A DNA stretch of 64,000 bases, taken from NCBI GenBank assembly GCA_039186435.1, contig JBCDAA010000002.1, positions 2,248-66,247 on the forward strand, read 5' to 3'. The notes beneath the pieces were generated by a model. That model saw only the letters and a list, made by a program, of their open reading frames with translations. It was not told the origin of the DNA and did not search any database. This stretch comes from Myxococcota bacterium (GTDB taxonomy: Bacteria > Myxococcota_A > Polyangia > Polyangiales > Houyiibacteriaceae). The position numbers and the translations under genes were made by a program. Shown piece after piece: positions 17,159 through 25,904 of the stretch. Positions within the stretch are counted from its first letter, which is position 1. Every line of letters begins with the position of its first letter.

Positions 17159-18634
17159 ATGCTGCGACACGCCGTCATCCTCATGGCCCTCGGCTGGGCC
17201 GCGATCGCGAACGCGGATCGTCCGGACACCCCCGGGACGATGGCGACGTTTCGTTTCGCCGAGGATGACGTCGTCGAGCGGGCAGACTTTGATCGCGTGC
17301 GTGTTCACTTCACGCGCTCGGGAGTGAACTCCGTCCCGGAAGCGGACATCGACGAGACCGGGGTTCCCGACTTCGTCGAGCTTGTGGGCACCAGCTACGA
17401 CGACGTTCTCACCGTCTACGCCAGCTGGGGGTTCCGTTTGCCACGAAGTGACGCTGACCTCGAGGACGACAACGGGGGCGACGAGCGCTTCGACGTCTAC
17501 CTGGTCGACTTCTTCGGCTCCGCCGACGGTTCGTTTCAAACGGACGCCTGTGATGGCGGCACCTGTATCGGCTACGCGGTCCAGGAAAACGACTTCGTCG
17601 GCTACGGCTACCCGAGTCTGGAGCGTGCGGTCGGAATCCTTTCGAGCCACGAGCTCTTTCATGCAGTTCAGGCGGCTTACGACGACGGACAGAACTCCGT
17701 CGTCGGCGAAGGGACCGCCGTGTGGGCGAGCGACCGCTTCAACCCGCGTTTCCGAGAGGTTCCCGCCTTCGCGCCTGGCTACTTCGAGCGCGCGGACCGA
17801 CCGATCGACCAGCCTCTCGTGGGTGCGGTCCTCGATGCCTTCGGCTACGGCGCATCGGTCTTCTTCACATTCCTGACCGAGCATCTTGGCGACGAAGATC
17901 TTGTGCTTCGTCTTTGGGAAGACTGCGTCGACGGCGCCCGCGGGGTGGAGGACCCGCAGTGGCTACCGGCGCTCATCGCGATGCTCGAGCGCGACTACGA
18001 CACTGAGTTCGAAACGATCTTTGTCGAGTTTGCGACCTGGAACTGGTTTACCGCCGGACGCGCAAATCCGGACCGCGCGTACGCCGAGGGGATTCGCTAC
18101 CCCGAGGTCAACATGCGCGACGCAACGTTGCCTTTTGAAGACGTACGCCCGCGGCACTTTCGAGCCGCGACACGCTACTACCGCTTCAGTGCGGGCGGGC
18201 GCGACGAGGTACGTGCGCGTCTGGTGGGTGATGGTGCAGCTGATCTTCGCCTTCGTCTGATCGATCTCGACACCGGCGCCCTGAGCGACGTTCGGGGTAC
18301 CGAGATCGCGGCACCAGGCGCGCCCTCCATGGCGCTCGCCATCATCAATCCTTCGCCGGCGGGTTCAAGCCGGCGCGCGACGCTTTGTCTCGGAACCGAG
18401 ATGGAAGTCGACCGTTGTGAACGTCTCCATGCGGAAGAGGACGACGCCTCCCTCGATGCCTCTTTCGATTCGTCTGTTGCTGACGCACATACACCCGACG
18501 CACGTGTCAGTGATGCAGGAGGGGGGGACACGGAACCAGGGTCCCCCGGTGGGGGTTGCTCCGCCGGGGGCTCTGGGAACGCGTTTTTTGGGTTTCTCGT
18601 GCTCGGGATTCTGTTGCGAAAGGAAGGGCCATGA
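17159..18634 (+). CDS. putative secreted HExxH metalloprotease with MYXO-CTERM-like tail
   Basis: Signal MLRHAVILMALGWAAIANA. HELFH motif (SSHELFHAVQAAYD). The C-terminus is GGGCSAGGSGNAFFGFLVLGILLRK. Confidence 0.65.
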   Translation: MLRHAVILMALGWAAIANADRPDTPGTMATFRFAEDDVVERADFDRVRVHFTRSGVNSVPEADIDETGVPDFVELVGTSYDDVLTVYASWGFRLPRSDADLEDDNGGDERFDVYLVDFFGSADGSFQTDACDGGTCIGYAVQENDFVGYGYPSLERAVGILSSHELFHAVQAAYDDGQNSVVGEGTAVWASDRFNPRFREVPAFAPGYFERADRPIDQPLVGAVLDAFGYGASVFFTFLTEHLGDEDLVLRLWEDCVDGARGVEDPQWLPALIAMLERDYDTEFETIFVEFATWNWFTAGRANPDRAYAEGIRYPEVNMRDATLPFEDVRPRHFRAATRYYRFSAGGRDEVRARLVGDGAADLRLRLIDLDTGALSDVRGTEIAAPGAPSMALAIINPSPAGSSRRATLCLGTEMEVDRCERLHAEEDDASLDASFDSSVADAHTPDARVSDAGGGDTEPGSPGGGCSAGGSGNAFFGFLVLGILLRKEGP

Positions 18635-18984
18635 ACGCGATCCAGCAGACGCTGATCTATCGCTTTGGCGGGCTCACCGAACTTGTTCTCGAGCGGTTTC
18701 GGCCCAAGGCGGAGCACGACGTGGATCAGAACCCTCTGGTCGACATGGGCTGCGTCGACGGTGGGCGAATGGTGCTGTGCGCCCTCGCTGAGGAGAACGT
18801 GTTCCAGCTCTCGGCAGAGCACCCCGACTTCGACGTAACGATCGTTGCCAATCACTGTCCTGAGTGCGGGCTGGGGTTGGTCTACGTTGAGCGTTTTCGC
18901 GGTGACCCCGCAGCGGCGGTGCGGTGGATCAGCGCCCTCCGGATGCATGTGCAGATGCCCGATCCATCCGGCGTCCTCCACTAG
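18631..18984 (+). CDS. hypothetical small protein
   Basis: ATGA overlap with the metalloprotease stop. 117 aa with a CPEC motif. No family recognised. Confidence 0.5.
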   Translation: MNAIQQTLIYRFGGLTELVLERFRPKAEHDVDQNPLVDMGCVDGGRMVLCALAEENVFQLSAEHPDFDVTIVANHCPECGLGLVYVERFRGDPAAAVRWISALRMHVQMPDPSGVLH

Positions 18985-18988
18985 CGGG

Positions 18989-19801
18989 ATGGGCGGACGT
19001 ACCGAGGTCGCGCTCGATGGGGTTCCGGAGACGATGCTCTGGACGCTCCACAATCGCGCGTCTGAGGCGAAGCGTCCGGACCGATTGCTCGACGACCCCG
19101 CAGCCGTCGCCATCTACGACGCCATCGACTACGACTACGAACGCAGCTTCGGTCCTCCGGACGGCTCCCACGCGATTCGCTCTCTCGTGTTCGATGAACG
19201 TGTACGCCCTTGGCTTGCTGCCCATCCGGGCGGCGAGGTGGTGGAGCTCGCGTGCGGTCTCGAGACGCAGTTCAAGCGCTGCGATGATGGGCAGGTTCGA
19301 TGGATTTGCGTCGATCTTCCTGATGCGATGAAGGTTCGCGAGAAGTTCCTCCCTGCAACGACGCGATGCCGGCACGTCACCCGAAGCGTTTTGGACTTTG
19401 CGTGGATGGATGAGGTTCAAGGAGATCGCGGCGTGTTTCTCAGCGCGCAAGGTCTCTTGATGTACCTCCCCCCGAGCGATGTAGAGAGGCTCTTCGTTGC
19501 GATTGGGGACCGCTTTCGTGGCGCGACGCTCATGTTCGATGTGATCCCGCGGTGGTTCTCTCGAAAGACGCTCGCCGGCTTCAACATCACCAAGCACTAC
19601 CAGGCGCCACCGATGCCCTGGGGGGTCGATCGAGGCGAGCTTGAGGGGACACTCCGTCGCTGGACGCCGCAGGTCGAGCGGCTGGAGCACATCCCCTTTA
19701 AGAGCTTTCGCGGAATCGCCGGGAAGGTTCTCCCGCTGGTGTCGCGACTTCCGGGCCTTCGCAACTACCTTCCCGGCATTGTGGTTGTTCAGTTCCGCTA
19801 G
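18989..19801 (+). CDS. SAM-dependent methyltransferase, TcmP / leucine-carboxyl-methyltransferase-like
   Basis: ATG 18989. GVPETMLWTLHNRASEAKRPDRLLDDPAAVAIYDAIDYDY... and E(L)ACGLETQF parallel the 38384-39211 product (IQETLLIPLLGRAEE...DPKAVEIVGRLNYDF, EIGAGLNTRY). This is the pattern of the LCM/TcmP family. Confidence 0.6.
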   Translation: MGGRTEVALDGVPETMLWTLHNRASEAKRPDRLLDDPAAVAIYDAIDYDYERSFGPPDGSHAIRSLVFDERVRPWLAAHPGGEVVELACGLETQFKRCDDGQVRWICVDLPDAMKVREKFLPATTRCRHVTRSVLDFAWMDEVQGDRGVFLSAQGLLMYLPPSDVERLFVAIGDRFRGATLMFDVIPRWFSRKTLAGFNITKHYQAPPMPWGVDRGELEGTLRRWTPQVERLEHIPFKSFRGIAGKVLPLVSRLPGLRNYLPGIVVVQFR

Positions 19802-19806
19802 CGATT

Positions 19807-21450
19807 CTATTCGGCAGGAAACACGCGGAGGGGCGTGCTGTACGCGAAGCGATCCTCGGCGTCCTCCAGCCCAAGCGATCCGCGGAAGCTCCAGCCCCAT
19901 CCGAAGAGGTCGCCGGTGGCGCTCAACGCAAGGGCCGGTCCGCCGGCTCCGACTTCGATCTCAACGATGTCGAAGGCGTCTCGATCCTCCTCGTCGACAG
20001 CGACCTCCGACGCGATGAGGCGGTTTTCAAGATCTCGCTCTCCGTCGGGGAGAAGTCCTTGGCCAAGCTGGCCGAGAGTTCCGAGGCCCCAAAGAAAGAC
20101 CCGACCCTCCGTCGTGAGGGCCATACCCACAAAGCCGTCCCCCGCGATGTTCTCGATGTTCGCCAGTGGGACCCGTTCTCCCGAAGCGTCTTCGACCCGC
20201 ACGGCGGTTGGCATGAGGATGTCGTCGCCAGAGTCGTCGCCGACCCCCGCTTGCCCCGATCGGTTCTGGCCCCACGCGAGAACAGTGCCGTCTTGGAGGA
20301 GCGCGTAGGTCGTACGGTTGGCCGCTGCGATCGCGGCGACGTCCAGAATCTCGAGACGCGTGGGCGTAGGGTGTGGATCCCGATCGGAAGTGCCGAGACC
20401 GAGCTGTCCCGCGTTGTTTTCGCCCCACGCCCAGATGCGCCCCTCGTTGTCTAGCGCAAACGACGCGTTCGTCCCGGCCGCGATCTGAATCACGTTGGTG
20501 AGTCCCTCGACGGCTGCGGGTCCGATTTCGGTCGTCGACTCGCGCCCGAGTTGTCCATCGTCGTTGGCGCCCCAGGACCAGACGGAACCGTCGTCGCGGA
20601 GGACGAGCGCGTGATCGAAACCGGCCTGAATCGCGATCGCGTTGCTGACGCCGGGGACCTCGGTCGGAGTGCGTCGGCACGGGCTCGTCCCGCGGGAGCC
20701 GCAGTCCTCTTCGGCCGCGTAGCCGAGCTGACCTTCGTCGTTGCTGCCCCAGGTCTCGACGGTACCCGTATCGGTTAGTGCGATCATGAACGTTTGACGA
20801 GTGACCACCGAGACCAGGTTGGGCGCATCTCGCACGTAGCGAAGCGGAAGCGTCGACTCCGGGGGCTCCTCGCCAAATCCCGATCCCTCGAGTGTTCCGT
20901 TTCCGAGCTGCCCGAGCTCGTTGCGACCCCAGGTGAAGAGCTCGCCGTCTCGAAGAAAGGCGGACTGGGAGTTACCGACGCTGATGCGGTGACCGAAGTA
21001 CACGGCCACCGAAGCCATCGTTTCGTTTCCAGCTTCGTCGAGGGCGACGACGATGACGTCGTTCGAACCAGGCGTGAGGGGAGCGGTGACCTCGAAGCTG
21101 CCGTCGTCGGCGACATCGATCGCTGCTGTGGTGTCTCCAGCGACGAGCGTGACGCTCGCAAGCCCCATGTCATCGGTGGCGGTTCCGGTCACCCGCACTC
21201 GCCGGACGGGTGTCATTCGGCCGGAGCGGGGGGATGAGAGTGAGACCGTCGGCGGCGTCGTATCCGGCGGCATCGCGTCGAAGCCAGCGTCGAAGCCGCC
21301 GTCAAAGCCGCTGTCAAAGCCGCTGTCGAATCCACTGTCGAATCCGCCGTCGACGGGCGAGGCATCGATGCCGCTGTCGAGTCCAGCTGTGCCGTCGTCG
21401 TCGCCGCACCCGCACAAGAATGTCACGAGAATCACTAGGTATTTGTTCAT
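19807..21450 (-). CDS. RCC1-repeat (7-blade) lipoprotein
   Basis: Lipobox VTFLCGCGDDDG, a (DSGF)n linker, then seven WG-x-N/G-x-x-GQLG blade motifs. Confidence 0.85.
   Translation of the reverse strand: MNKYLVILVTFLCGCGDDDGTAGLDSGIDASPVDGGFDSGFDSGFDSGFDGGFDAGFDAMPPDTTPPTVSLSSPRSGRMTPVRRVRVTGTATDDMGLASVTLVAGDTTAAIDVADDGSFEVTAPLTPGSNDVIVVALDEAGNETMASVAVYFGHRISVGNSQSAFLRDGELFTWGRNELGQLGNGTLEGSGFGEEPPESTLPLRYVRDAPNLVSVVTRQTFMIALTDTGTVETWGSNDEGQLGYAAEEDCGSRGTSPCRRTPTEVPGVSNAIAIQAGFDHALVLRDDGSVWSWGANDDGQLGRESTTEIGPAAVEGLTNVIQIAAGTNASFALDNEGRIWAWGENNAGQLGLGTSDRDPHPTPTRLEILDVAAIAAANRTTYALLQDGTVLAWGQNRSGQAGVGDDSGDDILMPTAVRVEDASGERVPLANIENIAGDGFVGMALTTEGRVFLWGLGTLGQLGQGLLPDGERDLENRLIASEVAVDEEDRDAFDIVEIEVGAGGPALALSATGDLFGWGWSFRGSLGLEDAEDRFAYSTPLRVFPAE
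21277..21348. repeat. 12-bp tandem repeat x6 encoding (DSGF/DGGF)n
   Basis: gtc(g/a)aa(g/t)cc(a/g)c(c/t) units read directly. Confidence 0.8.
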
Positions 21451-21463
21451 CGCCGGAGATGTT

Positions 21464-21482
21464 GAAATTGACTTTCACTATC
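21464..21482. promoter_or_regulatory. Fur-like box GAAATTGACTTTCACTATC
   Basis: 13/19 to the consensus. Lies in the divergent gap between the RCC1 lipoprotein and the methyltransferase operon. Confidence 0.55.
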
Positions 21483-21587
21483 TTCTAGCGAAGGTGTGCG
21501 GTGTGTCACGTCAAGGGGTTTTCTTCTGTAGATGAAAATGACATTCAATATCGAAGTCGCCAAGCCGTGGTGGCTGAAGGACAACCG

Positions 21588-22247
21588 ATGACCGAACCCG
21601 CGAAGCGCTTTGACGATGCGGAGATGTACGAGCGGCAGATTCGTCACGTCCTCCCAGGCTACGACCTGCTCCACTCCCTCACGTTCGCGCACCTCGAAGC
21701 GATCCTTCCGTCCGCCGGCCGTTTGCTGGTCGTTGGATGCGGCACGGGGCATGAGCTCGTGCGGGCGGCGGCGGTGCTTCCCGAATGGTCGATCGAGGCC
21801 GTGGAGAAGTCTGCGGCGATGCGTTTCGCTTCCCGGGGACGGGTGAATCGCTCCGGACTCCGTCGTCGGGTTCGGGTCGCGCCGACCTTTCCCGCGGAGC
21901 GCTCAGATGCTGGGCTGTGCCTTCTCGTGCTGCATCTCATCCCGGACGACGGTTCTCGGGAAGCCCTCTGGGCCGAGCTTGGAAACGCGATCGCGCCGGG
22001 GGGAACACTTCTCACCGCGGAGATTGAGTCGATGGACGAGTCCACGCGTTCGGCATGGCGTGGTTGGTCTTCCGAAGCCGGGGCGTCCGCCGTCAAACTT
22101 GAACAACTCGAGCATCGCCTTGATGGAGGGTTTCCCCTCGTAGACGCAGCGCGTCGGAATGCGCTAGCGAAAGAGGCCGGATTCGCCTTGGCGGGTGACT
22201 ACTTTCGCGCATTTGGCGTAGTTGCGAGTGCCTGGACAAAGGGCTAG
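21588..22247 (+). CDS. class I SAM-dependent methyltransferase
   Basis: ATG 21588 preceded by GAAGGA. Contains LLVVGCGTGHE (motif I) and LLVLHLIPDD. The upstream GTG 21501 start is less likely. Confidence 0.7.
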   Translation: MTEPAKRFDDAEMYERQIRHVLPGYDLLHSLTFAHLEAILPSAGRLLVVGCGTGHELVRAAAVLPEWSIEAVEKSAAMRFASRGRVNRSGLRRRVRVAPTFPAERSDAGLCLLVLHLIPDDGSREALWAELGNAIAPGGTLLTAEIESMDESTRSAWRGWSSEAGASAVKLEQLEHRLDGGFPLVDAARRNALAKEAGFALAGDYFRAFGVVASAWTKG

Positions 22248-22255
22248 TCCGCCGT

Positions 22256-22819
22256 ATGACGCGATGGTTGGTGTTGGTGATGTTGCTTGGGATCGCTTGT
22301 GGTGATGACGACGGTTCCACGGATGCGGGGACGGGTGCGTCCGATACTGGGACCGACGCATCCGCCGATGCTGGCGATCCTACCCCGCGAACGGTGACCC
22401 TCGAAGTGACTCCGGGAGTCGTTCCGGAGGAACCGACAACGACCGTTTCGTTTCGTTTGACGCTCGACGCGGAGCCACCGGCGAGCGGGACGCGCGTGTA
22501 TGTGCTTGGCGACCTTACGCGTGGCCTCACCCAGCTCGATGTTTTCGCGCTCTCGGTTGATCCTTCAACGAACGCGCGTCCACAGGGCGACCTCGACTTC
22601 AGCGGCTTTACGCTTCTCATGACGAGCCGTGAGGTGACCGTGTCAATCGACAGTTTTGCCGACGGAGAAGCCGAGGATCCCGTCGATGTGATGTTTCGGG
22701 TCGTGCCCTTCGAGGAAGTCCCTTGGGGTGAGTTGCCCGTGGATGGAGCCGAGGCCGCGGCACCCTACGTGGTTGGTGATCCGGCGACGGCCATGATTCG
22801 ACTCCAAGACAGTCCGTAG
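22256..22819 (+). CDS. hypothetical lipoprotein
   Basis: Lipobox VMLLGIACGDDDG. 187 aa, beta-rich. A Calx-beta-like fold is a weak guess only. Confidence 0.55.
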   Translation: MTRWLVLVMLLGIACGDDDGSTDAGTGASDTGTDASADAGDPTPRTVTLEVTPGVVPEEPTTTVSFRLTLDAEPPASGTRVYVLGDLTRGLTQLDVFALSVDPSTNARPQGDLDFSGFTLLMTSREVTVSIDSFADGEAEDPVDVMFRVVPFEEVPWGELPVDGAEAAAPYVVGDPATAMIRLQDSP

Positions 22820-22822
22820 CTT

Positions 22823-24400
22823 ATGCGCGCCTCGTGGTTTCTTTGGCATCGTCGCTTGGGGGCTGCGCTCGGGCTCTTTCTCTTCGTGATCTGTTCCTCG
22901 GGGTCGCTCGCTGTTCTCGGGGAGGAGTGGGACAACCTCTTTGGCGATGCCCCGGCAAACGCAAGCGGAGACGTCGACTGGGCCGGCATCGAGGCGGCGC
23001 TTCGCGAGGCGTACCCCTACGGCGAGATTCGAATCGTTTCCACGAGCCCGGATCGAGTGGTGCGGGCGACCGTGGAGACGCTTCGAGGTCAGTGGGTTGA
23101 AGTGCGGCTCGCGCGGAACCCCGCGCGGATCCTGAGCGTTCGCAGCCTCGTGACGGTCAAAGTCTTCCTGCGTCAGTTTCACAAGGGGCTGCTCGTTCCC
23201 AAAGGTCTTTACCTCGTCACGCTGATGTCGCTGCTGCTGCTCTTCAGCACGATCAGCGGACTCGTCATCTATCGACGCTGGTGGACTCATCTCTTTCGCC
23301 TGCGCCTCAAAGCCGAGCGGCGTCTCGCGTGGGCGGACATCCACCGAACGGTGGGTGTCTGGAGCGTGCCCTTCGCCCTGGTCATCGCGATCACCGGAAC
23401 CTGGTATCTCGTCGAGGCGAGTGCCCGCGATTTTGCGGGGGCGACCGTGGAAGCTGAGCCTCCCGAGCTCGCGCGGCCTTTTACCGAGCGCCGAGCAGGC
23501 ATGGACGCGTGGGTTCGGGTTGCGGAGTCTGAGCTTCCAGGTTTTGCGGTCCGAACCATTCTCTTCGGGGAGGACGCTGCCTCGCCCGTCCGCCTGGACG
23601 GAGAGCGAGATGCGATCCTGGTGAGGCCACGGGCCAACCGAGTCTATCTCGATCCCGCGACAGGTGAGGTCGTTGACGTGTGGTCGGAGGAGGACCAAAC
23701 GATCGCGCAGCGGTGGTCCGACATGGCGGACCCTCTTCACTTCGGCGACTTTGCGGGACTCGCGGTGAAGCTCCTTTGGTTTCTCGCCGGGCTATTTCTC
23801 TCGCTTGTTGTTCTCGCGGGGCCTCTCCTTGGATACCTGCGCGCGCGACGTCGGCTGGAGATGAAGCGAAAGCTCCCCTCGCTCTCACGGGGGCGCCGTT
23901 TCCTCGCGAACTTCGCGAACGGGCTCGTTGCCCTGGTGTTGCTTGCGTCGATTGCGCTCGCGACGATGTCGATGTCCATTCCCACGATCGCCGGCTGGGG
24001 AACCCCCGACCGCGTCACCCACCTTTCGGACGACGGCGAGGCGATGCTGGCTCGGCACGACGAAGGGGACGGGCGATGCACCTATCGAGTGGTCGGACCG
24101 GGTATCGCCGAGCACGAGAGGACGGTGTGGATTGACGGCGAGTCGCACACCCTCTCGCACGGGGAGCTCTTCGGCCCCTGCGGCGATACGGTTCAGCTCG
24201 GCGAACAGACGCTCGCCCTGACCCCTCTGGCTGACCTCGACGACGAGCCTCGTCGCGCGCTGGAGCGTCCTCCGACGCCCGCTTCGACGTATGTCACCTT
24301 GTTCGTGATCGTGTTCTTTGCGCTTCAGCTCTTCGCGGTTGTGCTCTGGCTTTGGTATGTGGCGCGCCCCAACCGGCGTGTCGCGGAGAAGAAGGGATAG
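22823..24400 (+). CDS. PepSY-associated TM-helix protein (PiuB/FoxB-like)
   Basis: N-terminal WFLWHRRLGAALGLFLF..., repeated H-x-x-x-G-x-W TM signatures (IHRTVGVWSVPFALVIAITG, PLHFGDFAGLAVKLLWFLAG), and large periplasmic loops. Confidence 0.8.
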   Translation: MRASWFLWHRRLGAALGLFLFVICSSGSLAVLGEEWDNLFGDAPANASGDVDWAGIEAALREAYPYGEIRIVSTSPDRVVRATVETLRGQWVEVRLARNPARILSVRSLVTVKVFLRQFHKGLLVPKGLYLVTLMSLLLLFSTISGLVIYRRWWTHLFRLRLKAERRLAWADIHRTVGVWSVPFALVIAITGTWYLVEASARDFAGATVEAEPPELARPFTERRAGMDAWVRVAESELPGFAVRTILFGEDAASPVRLDGERDAILVRPRANRVYLDPATGEVVDVWSEEDQTIAQRWSDMADPLHFGDFAGLAVKLLWFLAGLFLSLVVLAGPLLGYLRARRRLEMKRKLPSLSRGRRFLANFANGLVALVLLASIALATMSMSIPTIAGWGTPDRVTHLSDDGEAMLARHDEGDGRCTYRVVGPGIAEHERTVWIDGESHTLSHGELFGPCGDTVQLGEQTLALTPLADLDDEPRRALERPPTPASTYVTLFVIVFFALQLFAVVLWLWYVARPNRRVAEKKG

Positions 24401-24404
24401 GACG

Positions 24405-25592
24405 ATGCGAAGTCTCGTGATCGTGATTGCGCTGCTGGTCGGTTGCGGCGATGACAGCGCGCCAGTGGGTGACGCAGGTACCGATGTGGCGCTCGATGCC
24501 GCGCCGGCGACGAATCCAGCGTTTCTGGTCGTGAATCGCGTGCGAACGCCAGACAGTCGAGCGATTTTCCTCAACGTCCTTCCTGACCTGGAGCCACGGA
24601 CGATCGAGCCAGGGAACGGTCTCGAGGTTGGCGGCTCGTCGCGCGCAACCGTCTACGACGGGAAGGTCTACGCGTTTGAAAGCGAGACCGGCGAGGTCGC
24701 GCGCTATCGCGTCACGGAAGGCCTCGAGCTCGTCGAAGACGGCCGCTTCAGCATGACCGGCCTCGGCATCACGCGGTTTCGCACGCAGTTCATTTTTCTG
24801 TCGCCAACGCGGGCGTACTACGTGGACATCGCCGGTCGACAGGTGGTTGTCTTCAACCCGACGGCCATGGAGATCGTGAGCACGTTTCCCGCGGTCGAGT
24901 TCGAACGAGGGGACTTCAACATCTCGGTCGCGAGGCCGGTTCAGGTAGGGGACCGCGTCATGATCGCGGTCGCCTGGGACAACGCCTCGGATGGAGAGTT
25001 TGTGCCGAGTGTGGCGGTGGTTGTTCTCTCGGCGACCGAGGATCGAGTCGAGCGAATCATTGAAGATGATCGATGTGCGCTCGCGGGAGGCGGCTTCGCC
25101 GACGGCGATCGTTTCTACGCGATCGGCGACTCTGGGGCTGGGGGCTTCGACATCTTTGGCGTCGCGCCCATCGCCGATCCCTGCGTCGTGCGCACGGACG
25201 GAGAGACCTTCGACGACTTTGTGGTCGACCTTCGGACCGTCACCGGGGCGCCGCACTTCTCGGACGCTATCGGCGCCGGCGACGGAACCTTTGTGACGCG
25301 AATCTACGATTCTGACATCGACCCCGACACGCTCACGGATCCCTTCGGCTTCTTCAACCTGGAGGTTTGGCGCTACGCGATCGTGGAGATCGAGACGGGG
25401 ACCACCAGCCGAATTGAGGACCTCCCCCTCAGCGGGATTTCCTTCGACCCCATTGTGATCGAGGGCGACTACTACGTGCAGCTCGTCGACGAAGACGAGG
25501 GGCGGTCGACGCTCTACCGCCTCTCAACGGGCGGCGCGACGGAGACCGTCGAGGCGATCGGCGACATTCAAGGCGCAGCGCGCATCCGCTAG
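24405..25592 (+). CDS. lipoprotein, paralog family member P1 (unknown family)
   Basis: Lipobox IALLVGCGDD. Shares with P2-P4 the segments SPTRAYYVD...VVVFNPTAMEI, IEDDRC and DPCVVR. Confidence 0.7.
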   Translation: MRSLVIVIALLVGCGDDSAPVGDAGTDVALDAAPATNPAFLVVNRVRTPDSRAIFLNVLPDLEPRTIEPGNGLEVGGSSRATVYDGKVYAFESETGEVARYRVTEGLELVEDGRFSMTGLGITRFRTQFIFLSPTRAYYVDIAGRQVVVFNPTAMEIVSTFPAVEFERGDFNISVARPVQVGDRVMIAVAWDNASDGEFVPSVAVVVLSATEDRVERIIEDDRCALAGGGFADGDRFYAIGDSGAGGFDIFGVAPIADPCVVRTDGETFDDFVVDLRTVTGAPHFSDAIGAGDGTFVTRIYDSDIDPDTLTDPFGFFNLEVWRYAIVEIETGTTSRIEDLPLSGISFDPIVIEGDYYVQLVDEDEGRSTLYRLSTGGATETVEAIGDIQGAARIR

Positions 25593-25628
25593 ACCGCGCG
25601 CGATCCGTTCAAAGGAAGCGCGGCCTAG
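25589..25628. repeat. REP-like palindromic element, copy 1 (CTAGACCGCGC...CGTTCAAAGGAA...GCGCGGCCTAG)
   Basis: 11-bp stem with one mismatch. It begins with the TAG stop of gene 24405-25592 and is related to 63067-63121. Confidence 0.6.
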
Positions 25629-25776
25629 ATTGTTCGTCGCTTAAGCTGAACTCGTGAACGCGGCGGTCAGTTCGACAAAGAGCCGGTTTTCCAAGACCAG
25701 GAGCTCCGTTCATCAAAATGCGAGCAGCGGACTTAAGGCGGGAAGGTAGCGAAACGTCCGCCACCAGGTTATTCAA

Positions 25777-25901
25777 GAATGGAAGACAGCAAGGGCGAGG
25801 GGACCAGCCTGCAGCGACGGGACACTCGGCGCACCCCCTTAAGCACCATTGCTAGGAGGCGTGCAGGCTGATTCCCTCACCGTTGCTGTCTTCGATCATT
25901 C
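25777..25901. other. long imperfect hairpin (~35-bp stem, ~48-nt loop) in an ORF-free 310-bp gap
   Basis: GAATGGAAGACAGCAAGGGCGAGGGGACCAGCCTGCA pairs with TGCAGGCTGATTCCCTCACCGTTGCTGTCTTCGATCATTC, with four mismatches/wobbles and one bulge by eye. It abuts the stop of gene 25905-26789. Confidence 0.6.
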
Positions 25902-25904
25902 CGC

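Noticed and set aside
25593-25904. Known housekeeping RNA (SRP/4.5S, 6S, RNase P) in the ORF-free gap
   Set aside because: CCAGGT...GGAAG...CAGCAAGG superficially recalls the SRP helix-8 region, but it does not form the GNRA-capped hairpin. No RNase P GAGGAAAGTCC-type motif is present. It is kept only as an unclassified structured element.
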